Shown here piece after piece: positions 1 through 13,091 of a stretch of 64,000 bases of DNA. The notes under the pieces were generated by a model. It was not told the origin of the DNA. It saw only the letters and a list, made by a program, of their open reading frames with translations, and ran no database searches. The position numbers and the translations under genes are program-made. Origin of the DNA: Octopus sinensis (lineage: Eukaryota); NCBI RefSeq assembly GCF_006345805.1, contig NC_043007.1, positions 41,850,001-41,914,000 on the forward strand, read 5' to 3'. Numbering within the stretch: the stretch's first letter is position 1; each line of letters starts with the position of its first letter.

Positions 1-650
1 TTTTCTTTGTGTAGCTTTGTTGGATTGCTTTGAGTTCCACCGTTTATTTTGTACTGTGTGCTGACCATAGATGGGAGCAGTAGTCCAAGCACCTGAGGAT
101 GTATGTCCTCCAAAGGGCCATCATAGTTTCCTTTTCTCTCATTTTGAAAGTTCAGAGGATCCATCCAGCTAGCCATCTGCATTTTATTACCAAATTACTA
201 ATATGCATCTGCAAAGATGCATCATTGCTCATGCCAATGCCCAGGTTACACATTGATTTTGATTGAGGGATTGCAGTGTATCCTTTGTGTGCTAGCAGTG
301 CAGGGCTTGGAATTTTCCTGCATTAAACTGCATGTCGTTGCCTTCAGCCTACATATATATTGTGTTCAACTCCCATTGCAGACAGGCAATATTTCCAGGG
401 TTTAGTAATGTCTGAGAGACTTTTGATTCATCTGCATAGCTAACAAGGGTGGCTATCTGAGCAGCTGAGGGCATGTCTGAGATGGCCTCTATAAATAGTA
501 GTGGACCTAAGACAGTGCCCATGGAACATCACTCACTATTAGTACTTCCTTTGAGGTAGCTCTATTGGCCACCACTGCCTGATGTCTATCTTTCAGAAAG
601 TCGTGTAGCCATTCTCCAAATTTTCTGACAATGCCGAGATCATGCAGTTT
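1..650 (-). mobile_element. CR1/L2-type LINE reverse transcriptase remnant (degenerate)
   Basis: Minus strand reads KLHDLGIVRKFGEWLHDFLKDRHQAVVAN...SDVPWALS*GPLLFIEAISDMP...SYADESKV, matching the decayed CR1-type RT motifs (SGVPQG.VLGPLLF, YADD). It contains stops and frameshifts and ends at a (TG)n tract. Confidence 0.75.
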
Positions 651-843
651 GTGTGTGTGTGTGTGCGCGCGCGCGCACACACACACACACATAGGTTTGG
701 TGATGTAAACAGGAAAATAAAACTCAAAACATGAGTATATATACATTTTTATCAATAATAGGTTGAAGCCACAGGCCAAGAGTTTCATGCATTGGGACTT
801 ATCTATATACATACATACATACATGTGTGTTTCATATATCTAT

Positions 844-875
<32 letters not shown>

Positions 876-1259
876 GTGTGTGTGTATATGTGTATGTATA
901 TGTGAACGTATGTTTATGTACTGTTACTCTGTCAAAGGTTGTATACATACATACATATTTTTTAATTTTTATTTACATATATATGTGCATACATACATAT
1001 AAATATATACTTAATATATACATATATCTACACACATACTCATACATGCATGCATCTACACACTCATATACACATATTCTCACACAACACACACACATAC
1101 ACACACATACATCTACACATGTGTACATACATATTAATCTATGTACACTCATACAATTATATATAACTACATATATGTATTTCAGTATCATGCATCTCAA
1201 TATGTATGTATGGATTTCTACATGTAAATGAGAGGAAGAGATGATTATAGCTGAGTACT

Positions 1260-2030
1260 CCCAAGTGGAATCTGGGTGTTACCCCATTCTGATTTATGGT
1301 TGTGGGTGGATTTGTATACCTGTATACAGACAGCTTCAGTGACTTGTCTCAGCATTGCATCAGTGAGATGTGTAGATAAGATGTCTTACCTAAGTCTCCC
1401 TAAGAAACCATTGTGGCAGTCTACAACATGCTGATAGAAGATGGTGTTTGTTTTTTTTTTTTTCAATGTAATTATCCAGGTGTTCTTTAAACCTATCATT
1501 GATGCTCCTAGAAGTCTCTCCAATACATGATTCTAGGATAATCACACAAGTCCCTTCTTGGCACTTAATCTGGTATACAGTGTTTTTCTTTTTGCACTTC
1601 ATATGTGGGTTTGTAGAATATACTGCACAATTATTCTGACACGAGATTCTATCAAATGGGTTTGATTTACTTAATACAGATTTGATAGTCCTACCTGTCT
1701 TTTCTACAACTTTGATCTTAAGACCAGTTGTACACAAGATTTTCTTAAATACCCTACTTAATGCGTTCCTAGGTGTAGCATCAACAAACATTACACTGTG
1801 AAGCTTCTTGTTATCATATCAAGTGTCCCTCTCCAACCTATTCTAGAACTTGTTGTGATGTAGGGGACATATGCAGTTTTCGTCATCTCTTAGAATCCGT
1901 TCGAATCTTGTTTTTGCTCCTTTATACACTCTGATTCTATCGTATTGTGTGTATCCGGAATGTTGCATTCATAATATGTAGTGCTAGGTGTGTTGTTGTC
2001 GTTTTTGTGGTTGGTATAGTGTATCATAAC
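1260..2030 (-). mobile_element. Penelope-like element 3' fragment (GIY-YIG endonuclease)
   Basis: ORF 1390-1791: IKVVEKTGRTIKSVLSKSNPF...C...VYQIKC...CIGETSRSINDRFKEH, the linker plus GIY-YIG signature of PLEs. Confidence 0.85.
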
Positions 2031-2749
2031 ATATATAATGTGTGTATGTGCACATGCACACACACACACACACATACACATCAAGTATGTGCAAATACTC
2101 AGCGTAGGCAATAAATTATGAACAAAAGATCTTATCATTGTGAGTTGTAAAAATATTTTAACAATAAAAAAATATTTACTTCCCTATATCACCATCACCA
2201 TCACCATCATCATTGTCATCACCCTCACTATCATTATCCTCATTATCCCCACCACCTCTACTACTACCACCACCACTACCATCACCACCACCATCATCAT
2301 CCATGGGGGATGGGTTAGTGGGAGACTTTCAGGAAATGTCTTTTACAATTGGATGCCATTTCTGATGTCAATTCTTTTAGCTGCCACGTGTTCATTTATT
2401 CTAAAAACTAGGACACACACAGTGAATATACTTACACACACAAATTCACACACACAAGCACACACACACGCACACACACACACACACACATACATACATG
2501 TAGGTGTAGGCAAGGCAGCATGGCTGAGAAATTTACTTCCCAATTTCATGGTTCCAAGTTCAGTCATATGTGTGTGTGCCCATGTGTGTGTGGGTGTGGC
2601 TTTCAGTGATGGGTACAATGTCATCTGTGAATCAGAGATGTGTTAGTAGCTTGCCCTTGCCATTGATGTTCATGCCACTATCCAGTCAATGTCTCTGATG
2701 GCCATTTCTAAGCATTCAGTGAAGAGCTTTAGAGAGATGGTATTTCCTT

Positions 2750-2957
2750 AGCACGCCGGGCGAAATGCTTAGCAGTATTTCGTCTGCCACTACATTCTGA
2801 GTTCAAATTCCGCCGAGGTCCACTTTGCCTTTCATCCTTTCGGGGTCGATTAAATAAGTACCAGTAAAACACTGGGGTCGATATAATCAACTTTATCCAT
2901 TTGTCTGTCCTTGTTTGTCCCCTCTGTGTTTAGCCCCTTGTGGGTAGTAAAGAAATA
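2750..2957 (+). mobile_element. SINE with Meta/RUDI-like central domain, 5' truncated, 11-bp TSD
   Basis: Contains GAGTTCAAATTCC (B box) and CTTTGCCTTTCATCCTTTCGGGGTCGAT...AAGTACCAG. GGTATTTCCTT is duplicated at 2739-2749 and 2958-2968. Confidence 0.8.
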
Positions 2958-3174
2958 GGTATTTCCTTGTTTGATATCCTTCTCAACTGGAAATCCTACT
3001 GGTGGTGATAAGAAGAGTGATACAGAAGATCTAAGAAACTACTATAAGTCTCTTGTGTCACCCTTATAAGTTTTTTACAAAGGTCATCGTCATCAGACTA
3101 TAAAACATCTTAATGACCAGTAGCCTCGGGAGCAAGCTGATTTCCTTAAGAACTAATGTACCATGGATCACATA

Positions 3175-3697
3175 CCGTAAATCCTCGAGTATAATCCGCA
3201 CTTTTTTTCCCAAAATTTAAAGGTCAAAATCCCTAATGCGTACAACACACGAGGTTAAAAATGAAAAATATTTTCTAAGCTATCTCCGAGTCTCTATTTG
3301 CTGTCCAGCAATGTTTATTCAGACGCATTTTGTGATGTCAGGCACGAAAATACCTTAAACTAAGCCTGAAAGCAATGAAGTGATAAAAGAATGATACATA
3401 ACTTGCAGTAAGCAACATTTTTTAAAATAAAAGTATTCAGAACACAGAATAACATGTAACAAAAACAATTTGCTAACATATTTACATTCCCATATAACAG
3501 TTAAGAACATCACCATTATTGTATTACTCATGCGCGGAAGTGTTTGTTTGACAAGGTGCTGTTGGTTTAATTACGCATGACTGAAGTTAGAGAAGGGGTG
3601 CATATTATACACAAGGTTTAGGCTTTTCAGAAGTGCAGCCCCCTAAATTTCCCCAGTGTATTATACTCAAGGGCGGACTATACCCTAGGATTTACAG
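3175..3697. mobile_element. pogo/Tigger-type MITE with TA target duplication
   Basis: TA-CCGTAAATCCTCGAGTATAATCCGC ... GCGGACTATACCCTAGGATTTACAG-TA terminal inverted repeats. A second partial copy lies at 39748-39901. Confidence 0.8.
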
Positions 3698-3954
3698 TAT
3701 TCACTCTAACACAACTTAGAGAATAAGCAAAAGAATACAAGCTGCCTCTATGCATCATTTTTGCTGACTATGGAAAGGCTATTTTAGCTGTGTTCAAGAT
3801 GAACACAAAGCTAAAGTCTCTGGAAATGTAAGGTGGAGGTACAATATATCAAACTGCTCAGGGAAGCAAACTCTAAATATATATATACCACGAAGAAATA
3901 GATGCCTTCTAACACTCTGTTAAAATCCAGATTTGGCTAACTACATTCAAAGTG

Positions 3955-4195
3955 GAGGTGCGTGGCTTAGTGGTTAAGGTATTGGACTCATGATTGTAAG
4001 ATTGTAGCTTCATTTCCTGGACCAAGCAATACACTATATTCTTGAGCAAAACACTTCGTTTCACATTGCTCCAGTCCAATCAGTTGGCAAAAATAAGTAA
4101 CCCTACAACAGACTGGTATCCAATCCAGGTAGGGATCATACATGCCATGGAAACCAGGAACCAGCTCTTGTGGGTCAGCATGACTCAAGAAGGTA
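3955..4195 (+). mobile_element. tRNA-derived SINE
   Basis: A-box TGGCTTAGTGGTTAAG and a decayed B box, then TCTTGAGCAAAACACTT. Related to copies at 16170-16447, 30465-30690 and 54813-55144. Confidence 0.7.
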
Positions 4196-4578
4196 ACCTA
4201 ACCTTTAACCACATCAAATGTTAGTAAACATTTAAAATCGTTTAGAATAAATAATTATAGCTGTATCCCTTTTGATTGGTTAATTCTGTGTTCATTTCAA
4301 AGGATTTCACATAGAATTCAGAGTGTATTATAAAGACATAAAGAAGAATGGATGACAACTGAGAAAAATTTATCTTTGATTCACGAAAGTTCAGTTCACT
4401 TCATGCACCTGTATGTGGAATACATTGAAAATAACTGTATAAGAATATAAGAATGTCAATCTTGGATCAAAATTTGTACTATAATTGATTTAATATAAAT
4501 CATTGAGATGCACAGAAAACTATTACATTAACAACCCTGAGACATACATATACAGCAGAAATACACTGAAATTTTATT

Positions 4579-4616
<38 letters not shown>

Positions 4617-4620
<4 letters not shown>

Positions 4621-7600
4621 AGAAAATAGTAAAGTGTGAAAAAACGACAGAAGGCTTAAATGTTAAAAAATATATATATTTGTGTCAAAATGTCTGGAGA
4701 ATATTGGAAAAATTTTTTTTCCTTTCCTTAAAATGACATAATTAAAAATTTTTAAAGAAATTACCGGTTTCGCGTGTAGCTTTTCAAATTTCTTGTGACG
4801 TTATGTTTATATTGCATGGAATTATCGTTGTTTTTATTTCCAGGAGATTTCTAAATAAGGGGAGGTAGTGAGTGATTTTTCTGATGTAGGGGAGATATCG
4901 CTTAAAATTTTTTTCCTTTCCTTGTTAATTTCTCTGTGTCAGTATGTTCGGATGGTTGAGTCTGGGTTTGTACTTTTCAATGAAGAATGTTTCTTTGTTC
5001 AGTCTCATTTGTGTTGATGATCCGAAAGCACATTGTAAAATGGAAGATTAAAAATTGTGGCAGTAGTTGCTTTGCGCATTTCTCAATGTGCTCACTAAAA
5101 GGTATCATTCTATATTCTGGAATGCAATCTGTTGTCGATGCAGTGTGCATCTGCGCCTGAGTGATAGTCCCGTGGAGCCCACGTAGTCTTGGTGGCAGCC
5201 CGAGCATTTAATAACATAAATTATGTTTTCAGAGGCACAAGTAAAGTTAGATTTGATCTTAAATTCTGTCCCTCTTTAAAGAAGAATTCTGATCCTTCCA
5301 ATAGGTTAGGACATGTTGCACAGTTCGATCTACCACATTTTTTTACTTTTGCATCCGTAATTTTAGAAGACAATTTTGCCTTTGTGAGAATCTTTTTAAG
5401 TGATTTAGGCTGTTTGTAGCTTTTAATGATTTGGTGTATGTTTAGAATTTCCTTTAATTTTGGGTTTTTATGAAGTATTGGTAAATTCTGGGTGATGATG
5501 GTGAAGGCTTCTTTGTTTCTGGGGTTGTATGTAGATATGTAAGGTAGTATTTTCGGGGAAGGTGTGTTGTTGTGTTGAACTTTTCTTAAAGTTTCTATGT
5601 TGATTTCTTTTGCACGTCTGATCCCATCCTCTATGAGTTGAGCTGGGTAATGTCTGTCAATTAGGGTTTTTTGAGTTCTTGCAGTCTAAAGTTCCTGGTA
5701 TTTTGTTCTGACACTATTGTGCATATCCTTCTTGCAAGGTTGAAGGGGATGTTTGTTTTAGTGTGTCTTGGGTGGCATGAATTAAAAAGAAGGTATTGTT
5801 TGGCGTCTGTGGCTTTGTAAAAAATGTCTGTTTCTATTTTAAGGTTAATTTTTTTAATTAGTATATCCAAGAACGGGAGCTCCTTTTGGTTGTATTCCAT
5901 TGTGAACTGTATATTTGGGTTTATGCTGTTCAATAGGTTTTAATTTTAGGAGTTTATCTATGTTTTCATTCCAGAGAATGAAACAATCGTCTAGGAATCG
6001 TTTCCAATTCTCTTTTATGTATTGAGAGAGGGAGTTTCCAAAGATTGATAGAGATTCCTGGTAAATGATTATTTCCATGTATCCCATTGTTAAGTTCGCA
6101 ATGACTGGTGCTGCCCTTGTACCCATAGCAATTCCGGATTTTTGACGGTAAAATGTATTGTCAAACATGAAGTGGTTATTGTGTAGGATGAATTCAATTG
6201 ATTTAGTAATGAATTCCTTACTGATCCTTTTTGGTATTTCTTCCGGAAATTGGTCTAACCAGAATTGTATTGCCTCCAGTCCATAATTATGAGGTATACT
6301 GGTATACAAGTTGACTACATCAAATGAAACCAGGATTGTTTCTTCCTTGGTTTTTTTGGGAGGTGGTTTAACATATCTAAGTCATCTCTGATATGGCTAT
6401 CGATATGTTTAAGGAAGGGTTTCAAGAGGATGTCCATAAGTAGACTTAGTCTGTGTGTTTCACAGGTTGGGCCAGCTACAATGGGTCGTAGTTTTAGGTC
6501 CCCCGGATTAGGTGTGTGTATGTATGTCTTTGGTGATTTTTAATGGTTTCATTTATAATTTGACTTTTATGAATTTTTGGCAGACCATAGAAAAGGCTAG
6601 GTTTGCATTTAAAGTTTGTTAGGAAATCAATCTCTTGGTTGTCAGTTCCTTTTCATGGGTTTTAATTAGTGAAGATAGAGTTTTCATTTTTGTTGGGTGT
6701 GTAGTTGGTAATTTTTCATAATGTAGGTCTTCATCAAGCAAGGAAATTACAAGATTTCTGTAGTATGATGTATCCATTATTACAACTGCATTTCCCTTGT
6801 CCGCTTCCTTAATGGTTATATCTTCATCATTTTGGAGTTCTATCAGTTCTTTCCATTGTGTAGTGTTAAAATTTGGGTTAGCTTTCTGTTTATGTATAGT
6901 ATGGTAGGGGAAGTTCTCAATGTGGTTACAGAATTCGTCAAGATCTTTATTTCTTCCTCTGTGTGGGATGTGTTCACTTTTGTTCTTGACTAGTGATTCA
7001 TCTTCAGTATTGAAACTGTTTGATGCTTCTGCTAGTCTTAATTTTCTGCAAAATTCTGTTATATTCCTTGAGTTCATTTAGGTTTGCTCTGCGTGGAGTT
7101 GGTGTAAATTTGAGCCCTTTTGCGAGGATGTCAATTTTTATGTTAGAAAGAGGTTTGGTTGAAAGATTGATTATCTTCGGTTTTTCCTTATTACTAGGTT
7201 CCAGCCTGTGTCCTGGTGTCCCTGGTCCCTGGCTAAAAAATGTTGGGTGTAATTTTGTTTGTATGAGTTGTCTGTGAGGTTGTGTGGTATTTGGTCGGGG
7301 GAGTGGTGGTATTGTTGCCTCCGATCGTTGTGTGTGTGGGGGAATCTATGGTTGTTAATGCTTGTGGTGTGTGTATAAAATTTCTGTATGGGGAATATTT
7401 TTGTTTCGAACTTCTTGTATGTGGGATGTTGCTTGACATAGTGTTTCTTTGCGTTTGTCTTGTGTTTAGTGGGGACCAGTAGTTTTGGTTCATGGATGGG
7501 GTAGTAGTGATTTGTGTGTGGTGTATTTCTTATCCTAGTGTCGTATGTGCTGTATGGTGGTTGGGTCTGGTATTAGGATGTTGTTGGTTTGTTCTGTTTT

Positions 7601-7686
7601 TGGTGTAATTTCTTTCATAGACGCGTCCTCTTTCAGCTAGTTCCTGTTAGGTCTAGCGTGGTTTGTAAAGGTGGTTGTGGGTGATC
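4617..7686 (-). mobile_element. Near full-length Penelope-like retroelement (RT + GIY-YIG), frameshifted
   Basis: N-terminal FCRKLRL (ORF 6619-7077). RT motifs LYTSIPH, QKSGIAMGTRAAPVIANL and RFLDDCF (5854-6309). Thumb FLDILI...YKATD...HPRH (5661-5933). GIY-YIG IYVIKCSGCHQDYVGSTGLSLRRRC near 5150-5230. Both ends abut (TA)n. Confidence 0.93.
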
Positions 7687-7717
<31 letters not shown>

Positions 7718-7927
7718 TATAATCAAAGTAAGCAACAAGAATTTGGTACAATCGTTTCACGCTAATCATTTTATTAAACATTGTAAGCATTACATCAGTT
7801 AAAATGTTGAGCATGTTACTCAACATTTTAAAACTGATGTAATGCTTACAATGTTTAATAAAATGATGTAGTGTGAAATGATCATACCAAATTACCGAAG
7901 ATATTCTTGTTGCTTACTTTGATTATA
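7718..7927. repeat. ~100-bp-arm foldback hairpin with degenerate hammerhead motifs
   Basis: TATAATCAAAGTAAGCAACAAGAAT...AAAATGTTGAG / loop CATGTTA / CTCAACATTTT...ATTCTTGTTGCTTACTTTGATTATA. Confidence 0.85.
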
Positions 7928-8004
7928 ATCACCCCCATGGATTTATATGGATAACACCGTACAAAATTCTGGTGCATCTGACTTAAGTACCATATTCATT
8001 TGAA

Positions 8005-8066
<62 letters not shown>

Positions 8067-8608
8067 AGATGGTGCCCCAACATGGCCACAGAAAAATTAC
8101 TGAAATAAATAAAAGATAAAAGATACACACACGCGCACACACACACACAACACATAATACATACATACATACATACATACATACATACATACATAAAAAA
8201 TACCCTGTTACTGATGTTGAAATCCCAATGAAGGAGCCTTGGATCTAGGTTAGAAATTGGCTCTTTCTCTATTACCAAGAAATTTTGAAATAAACTGAAT
8301 AATAACATACATACATACATACATACATACATACATACATACATACATACATACATACATACATACATACATGCGTGTGTGTGTATGTGTGTGTTGTAAT
8401 TGTTGTTGTTTAGACCCAGGTCAGCCCTGATTAAACTGACCTTTAATCAAAGGTATTCTACTGTGACCATCACATCCTTTTAGAAATATTTTAGACTATT
8501 TTATACAATATTTCCTTCCCCTGTTTTTAAAAAGGTTGGATGGGACATCAGCAAGATTTGGCTACTGATTCTAGTAGGTTGAGAGACTACATAGCAGCTC
8601 TTCATTAA

Positions 8609-8829
8609 CCCTTTTGTTACCAACCCGGCTGAAACTGACTCTGGCTCTGTAGTACAAATGTCTTGTTTTCATAAGTTTTGAATTAAAATCTTCCACCAAA
8701 CCTTAGTCACAATTTATGTTCCCAACACTAGCCTAATGATAATTAAGTTATTTTACTAAATTCTTTGTTATATTTAAAGTAATTGAAAGAAACACAGAGC
8801 ATCACAAAATAAATACGGTAACGAAAGGG
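8609..8829. mobile_element. piggyBac-type MITE (TTAA TSD)
   Basis: TTAA-CCCTTTTGTTACC ... GGTAACGAAAGGG-TTAA. A paralogous empty TTAA site is at 12438-12441. Confidence 0.92.
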
Positions 8830-9165
8830 TTAAATTGTTAAGTAATGCCAAAACAAACCCAGAAATATCAAAGTGTCTAATCAAGATTAGACTATCTTTC
8901 TCTACACTCTACCATATATTTCTTAATTAATCTTTATTAATTAAGACCGAGGTGTGTCAACACATTTCAAAAATACTTTTCTTTACTTTTCTGATTTTGG
9001 ATTGTTACCCTTAATTTTGATTGGTTGAGTTAATTATTGTTCATTAATGTTTATCTCTCCTGAACACAATTATGGTCTCAGTTAATTAAAGTTATCGCAA
9101 CTACCACATTAAGTACATTATCACTTACTTCCCTAATATGTACTATACATTATAGATATGAATTT

Positions 9166-9203
<38 letters not shown>

Positions 9204-9249
9204 CACAACATACATATAGATAGATAGACAGATAGATAGATAGATAACT

Positions 9250-9336
<87 letters not shown>

Positions 9337-9382
9337 AAGACAGATATACACATACATAGATATGTATACATACATAAGTGTA

Positions 9383-9417
<35 letters not shown>

Positions 9418-9699
9418 ATCTGTTAATTGTGTATTGATATGTGTACTTTAATATGTTTTTCTAATATGGCTATGTAGTAACATGAACATAAAAATACTTC
9501 TTGTTGTACCACTTATTATAATCATCATCATCACCATCGGCAACAAAATACCTCGCCTCATCTCCCCTCACCCAGTTACCCCCTCAGACTCACACATCTT
9601 ATTGCCATCAGTGACAATATGACTTAACGATTAATTATTAATGAACATGAGACTAAACCAGTAAATTGGAATGAATGTAGCTGATCTGGGTTGTTGATC

Positions 9700-9780
9700 A
9701 ATAATATTGAGGATAATATAGCAGCAACAACAACAACAGCAGCAGTAACAGTAGCAGCAGTAGTAGTAGTGGTGGTGGTG

Positions 9781-9831
<51 letters not shown>

Positions 9832-9862
9832 TGGTGGTGGTGGTGGTTGTAGTAGTAGTAGT

Positions 9863-9908
<46 letters not shown>

Positions 9909-9960
9909 ATAGTAGTAGTAGTAGTAGCAACAGCAGCTGTTGTTGTTATTGATGCTGTTT
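9700..9960. repeat. Compound trinucleotide microsatellite (CAG/CAA/TAG/TGG)
   Basis: Direct reading. It accounts for the poly-Y/C/T/L ORFs in the track. Confidence 0.95.
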
Positions 9961-11105
9961 AGCTTCAATCCAGCTCAGTCAAGCAGACCTAAGATCATAA
10001 GCAATTCACCAATGACCATCCCTTCTCTTTTTCTAATGTTAAAGGTACCCAGAACCACATTATACAAAATGTCCTTTCCTAAGATGAAAAAAGTGATTTA
10101 ATGGGATTTGACTGTTATTTTTAGCAAAACATTTTTCCTCTAGTACTGTTATTTTAATACTTATTTGATACTTATTTGGGTACAGAGCCACATACTTTAA
10201 TGGAGTTTGTAATCAATTTAATCAAATCCAGTACCTGACTGCTACTTTTTTTTATTCATCTCAGAAAGACAAAAAGAGGAAAAACCAACATTGACAGGAT
10301 TTGGGATTAGATCATAGTGGGGCACAAATGAATACAATAAAAACCTTGAATTGTTGCTCAACCGTTTCTGCCAATCCTTTTCTTTTCTATTCATTCTTAT
10401 TCAAAGTATATTACAACAAAAGAGCTTTTGAGTGCCAATCTCTGACCACATCCTGTTTTGGTCTTAGAAATACTATATGCAGGATTTGGCATCAGATTGT
10501 ACAATACCATTGCTCTCAAGCGACCACTCTCATTGAGAGTACCTACTTACTATGACTCAACCTAACAAACTATTTATTACTACGTTTCTGTTGAAATTAT
10601 ACACTGTCGAGTTTGAATTAAATTCAAAACATTATACAGAGACTATCAAGCAAACATTTATCCTTTATCTTTTACTTGTTTCAGTCATTAGATTGAGGCA
10701 ATGCTGGAGCATCACCTTGAAGGATTTTTTTTTAGTCAAACAAATCCCCAGTACTTATTTTAGCAAGCTTGGCACTTACTCTATTGGTCTCTTTTGCCAA
10801 ACCGTTTGATTACAGGGACATGAACACACCAACGCTGGCTGTCAAGTGGTAGTGTGGACAAACATAGACACAAGACACACATGGATATGTGTGTGTGTGT
10901 GTGTACCCTCATATGTACATCACTCGCACTAACACAAACACACAAGCATACAGTTACCACCACACACACACAGAGGCCATCCTCAAATGCTTCATCCTAA
11001 AACAAACACTTTCTCTATGTTTTTCTACTTCCAGTCACTTCAACAATGTAACTACACATATGCTGTTGATGATATCTTTTCCTTCTTTGGACTTTTCCCT
11101 TCCTC

Positions 11106-11140
11106 TTTTCCGATGAAGAGCTATGCTTGAAATGTCAAAA
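11106..11140 (+). ncRNA. Minimal type I hammerhead ribozyme motif (C4 variant)
   Basis: TTTT-CCGATGA-A-GAGC-TAT-GCTT-GAAA-TG-TC-AAAA: stem I TTTT/AAAA, stem II GAGC/GCTT, GUC cleavage triplet. Confidence 0.6.
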
Positions 11141-11267
11141 ACTCTTTCTTTTTACCAACCATCAAGCTAACACATTCCTTGTGCATGTCCTTTTATTGTC
11201 GATCAATTTCATTATTTGCTTATTTGAATTGATTATTTATTAGAATTGACTATATATATATATATAT

Positions 11268-12120
11268 GAATCTTTACCAGCAGATTTAGAAAATAAATTT
11301 TTGTAACTAAACACTTTCAAACTTCGTATATTGGTAGAATGTGTCATATAAAACATCTTTAACTCTTAGTGTATTTGAGAAAAGTTTATATTTACGAAGT
11401 TATTTCGTGTTAAAGTTGTCGTATTTCAGTAATTTCAACTAATCAATGACGTGTATTCAGCTGAATAAAATTACTGCTGTTGTTTGTCAACAACTTCCAG
11501 CAGTGTATATTTCGTTTGTCACTGTTATTTATGACATATTTCATCTCAGTTATGTTTGAATAAATAAACAAGTGTATCTGAAGCATGTTTACTTCATGGC
11601 ACCACCATAATCGTTCGTGCATTTCTACTGCTTTTAGGGGGATTTTTTTCCTATTTTTTAGCTACTATTCTCAGAAAGATTTTTTTTGCCCTCGACCCCT
11701 ACACCTCCAATTTCTTCATTTTTCATTTTTTCCATTACTCTAACCCTAAAAGCCCAACCCTAACCCTAACCCTAAAATCTTAAAGCTAAAACCAGTACAA
11801 ACGTACGAACAATGTCATAAATAACAGTGGCAAACAAAATATACACCGCCGATAGTTGTTGTTGACAAACAAACTTGATTATAATAAAGAAATTAAACAC
11901 TGGTAGTAATTTTATTCAGCTGAATACACGTCATTGATTGGTTGAAATTACCGAAATATGTCAACTTTAACGCAAAATAACTTCATAAATATAAACTTTT
12001 CTCAAAAACGCTAAGAGTAAAAGATGTTTTATATGACACATTCTACCAGTATACGAAATTTGAAAGTGTTCAGTTACAAAAAATTATTTTCTAAATCTGC
12101 CGAACAAAAGGTAAAGATTC
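11268..12120. mobile_element. MITE with ~290-bp TIRs and central (TAACCC)n
   Basis: GAATCTTTACC...ATTCAGCTGAATAAAATTAC...TTTATGACAT is mirrored by ATGTCATAAA...GTAATTTTATTCAGCTGAAT...GGTAAAGATTC. It is flanked by TA runs. An extra partial TIR copy lies at 12237-12330. Confidence 0.88.
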
Positions 12121-12333
12121 ACATATATATATATATGAATAAATAAATGGAGTTTAACGCATGTGTAAATCAAATATTTTTACTTTTGACACATGTTTCG
12201 AAAATTCCTCTGATACTATTCAAAAGAATAAATGGTATAAATTTTATTCAGCTGAATACACATCATTGATTGGTTGAAATTACCGAAATACGTCAAATTT
12301 AACGCAAAATAACTTGATAGATATAAACTTTTT

Positions 12334-12524
12334 TTATACAATATTTCCTTCCCCTGTTTTTAAAAAGGTTGGCTGGGACATCAACAAGATTTGGCTACTG
12401 ATTCTAGTAGGTTGAGAGACTACATAGCAGCTCTTCATTAAATTGTTAAGTAATGCCAAAGCAAACCCAGAAATGTCAAAGTGTCTAATCAAGATTAGAC
12501 TATCTTTCTCTACACTCTACCATA
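12334..12524 (+). repeat. Local duplicate of 8501-8916 lacking the piggyBac MITE
   Basis: Near-identical to 8501-8608 joined directly to 8834-8916. Confidence 0.9.
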
Positions 12525-12752
12525 CAAATGACACTAACATATTCAGTGTTGTGGCACAAAAGTAACAGGAAGAATTAGCACCATTTTTAAGAATGTTGGC
12601 TTGGTAATTTCTAGTGAGCAGTCATTGATTTTGTTTTTGATATTAGTCCAGATGCAGACAGCCACTGATGGGTCACATCGGTCACATCAGAATCACTGGC
12701 CCTTGTAGGATATTTACCATGTAATGCTTTACTCCCCATCTAAGATTCCATT

Positions 12753-12866
12753 TGGATGAAAGGCAAAGTCGACCTTGGCAGAATTTGAACTCAGAATGTA
12801 GCGGCAGACGAAATACTGCTAAGCATTTCGCCTGGTGTGCTAACATTTTTTCCACCTCACCACCTT
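12753..12866 (-). mobile_element. Meta/RUDI-like SINE fragment
   Basis: GGATGAAAGGCAAAGTCGACCTTGGCAGAATTTGAACTCAGAA..., the reverse complement of the 2750 family. Confidence 0.8.
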
Positions 12867-13057
12867 AAGAATTTCTAATCAAACAAATTGACCCCAGTTC
12901 TTAATTTTTGTTAAGCCTGGTGCTTATTTTATCAATCTCTTTTTGCTGAACCACTAAGTTATATGGATGTAAACACACCAACACCAGTTATCAAGCTGTG
13001 GTGGGGACAAACGCAAACACAAAAACACACACACACAGACGTACATACATACATACA

Positions 13058-13091
<34 letters not shown>

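Noticed and set aside
3040-3105. Minus-strand CTGATGA at 3090-3096
   Set aside because: No GAAA and no pairable stem I downstream.
7615-7645. Minus-strand CTGAAAA-GAGG-ACGCG-TC hammerhead-like remnant
   Set aside because: Lacks the 3' half of stem II and GAA, and stem I does not pair.
9624-9968. Poly-Cys/Tyr/Thr/Leu ORFs
   Set aside because: Compound trinucleotide microsatellite.
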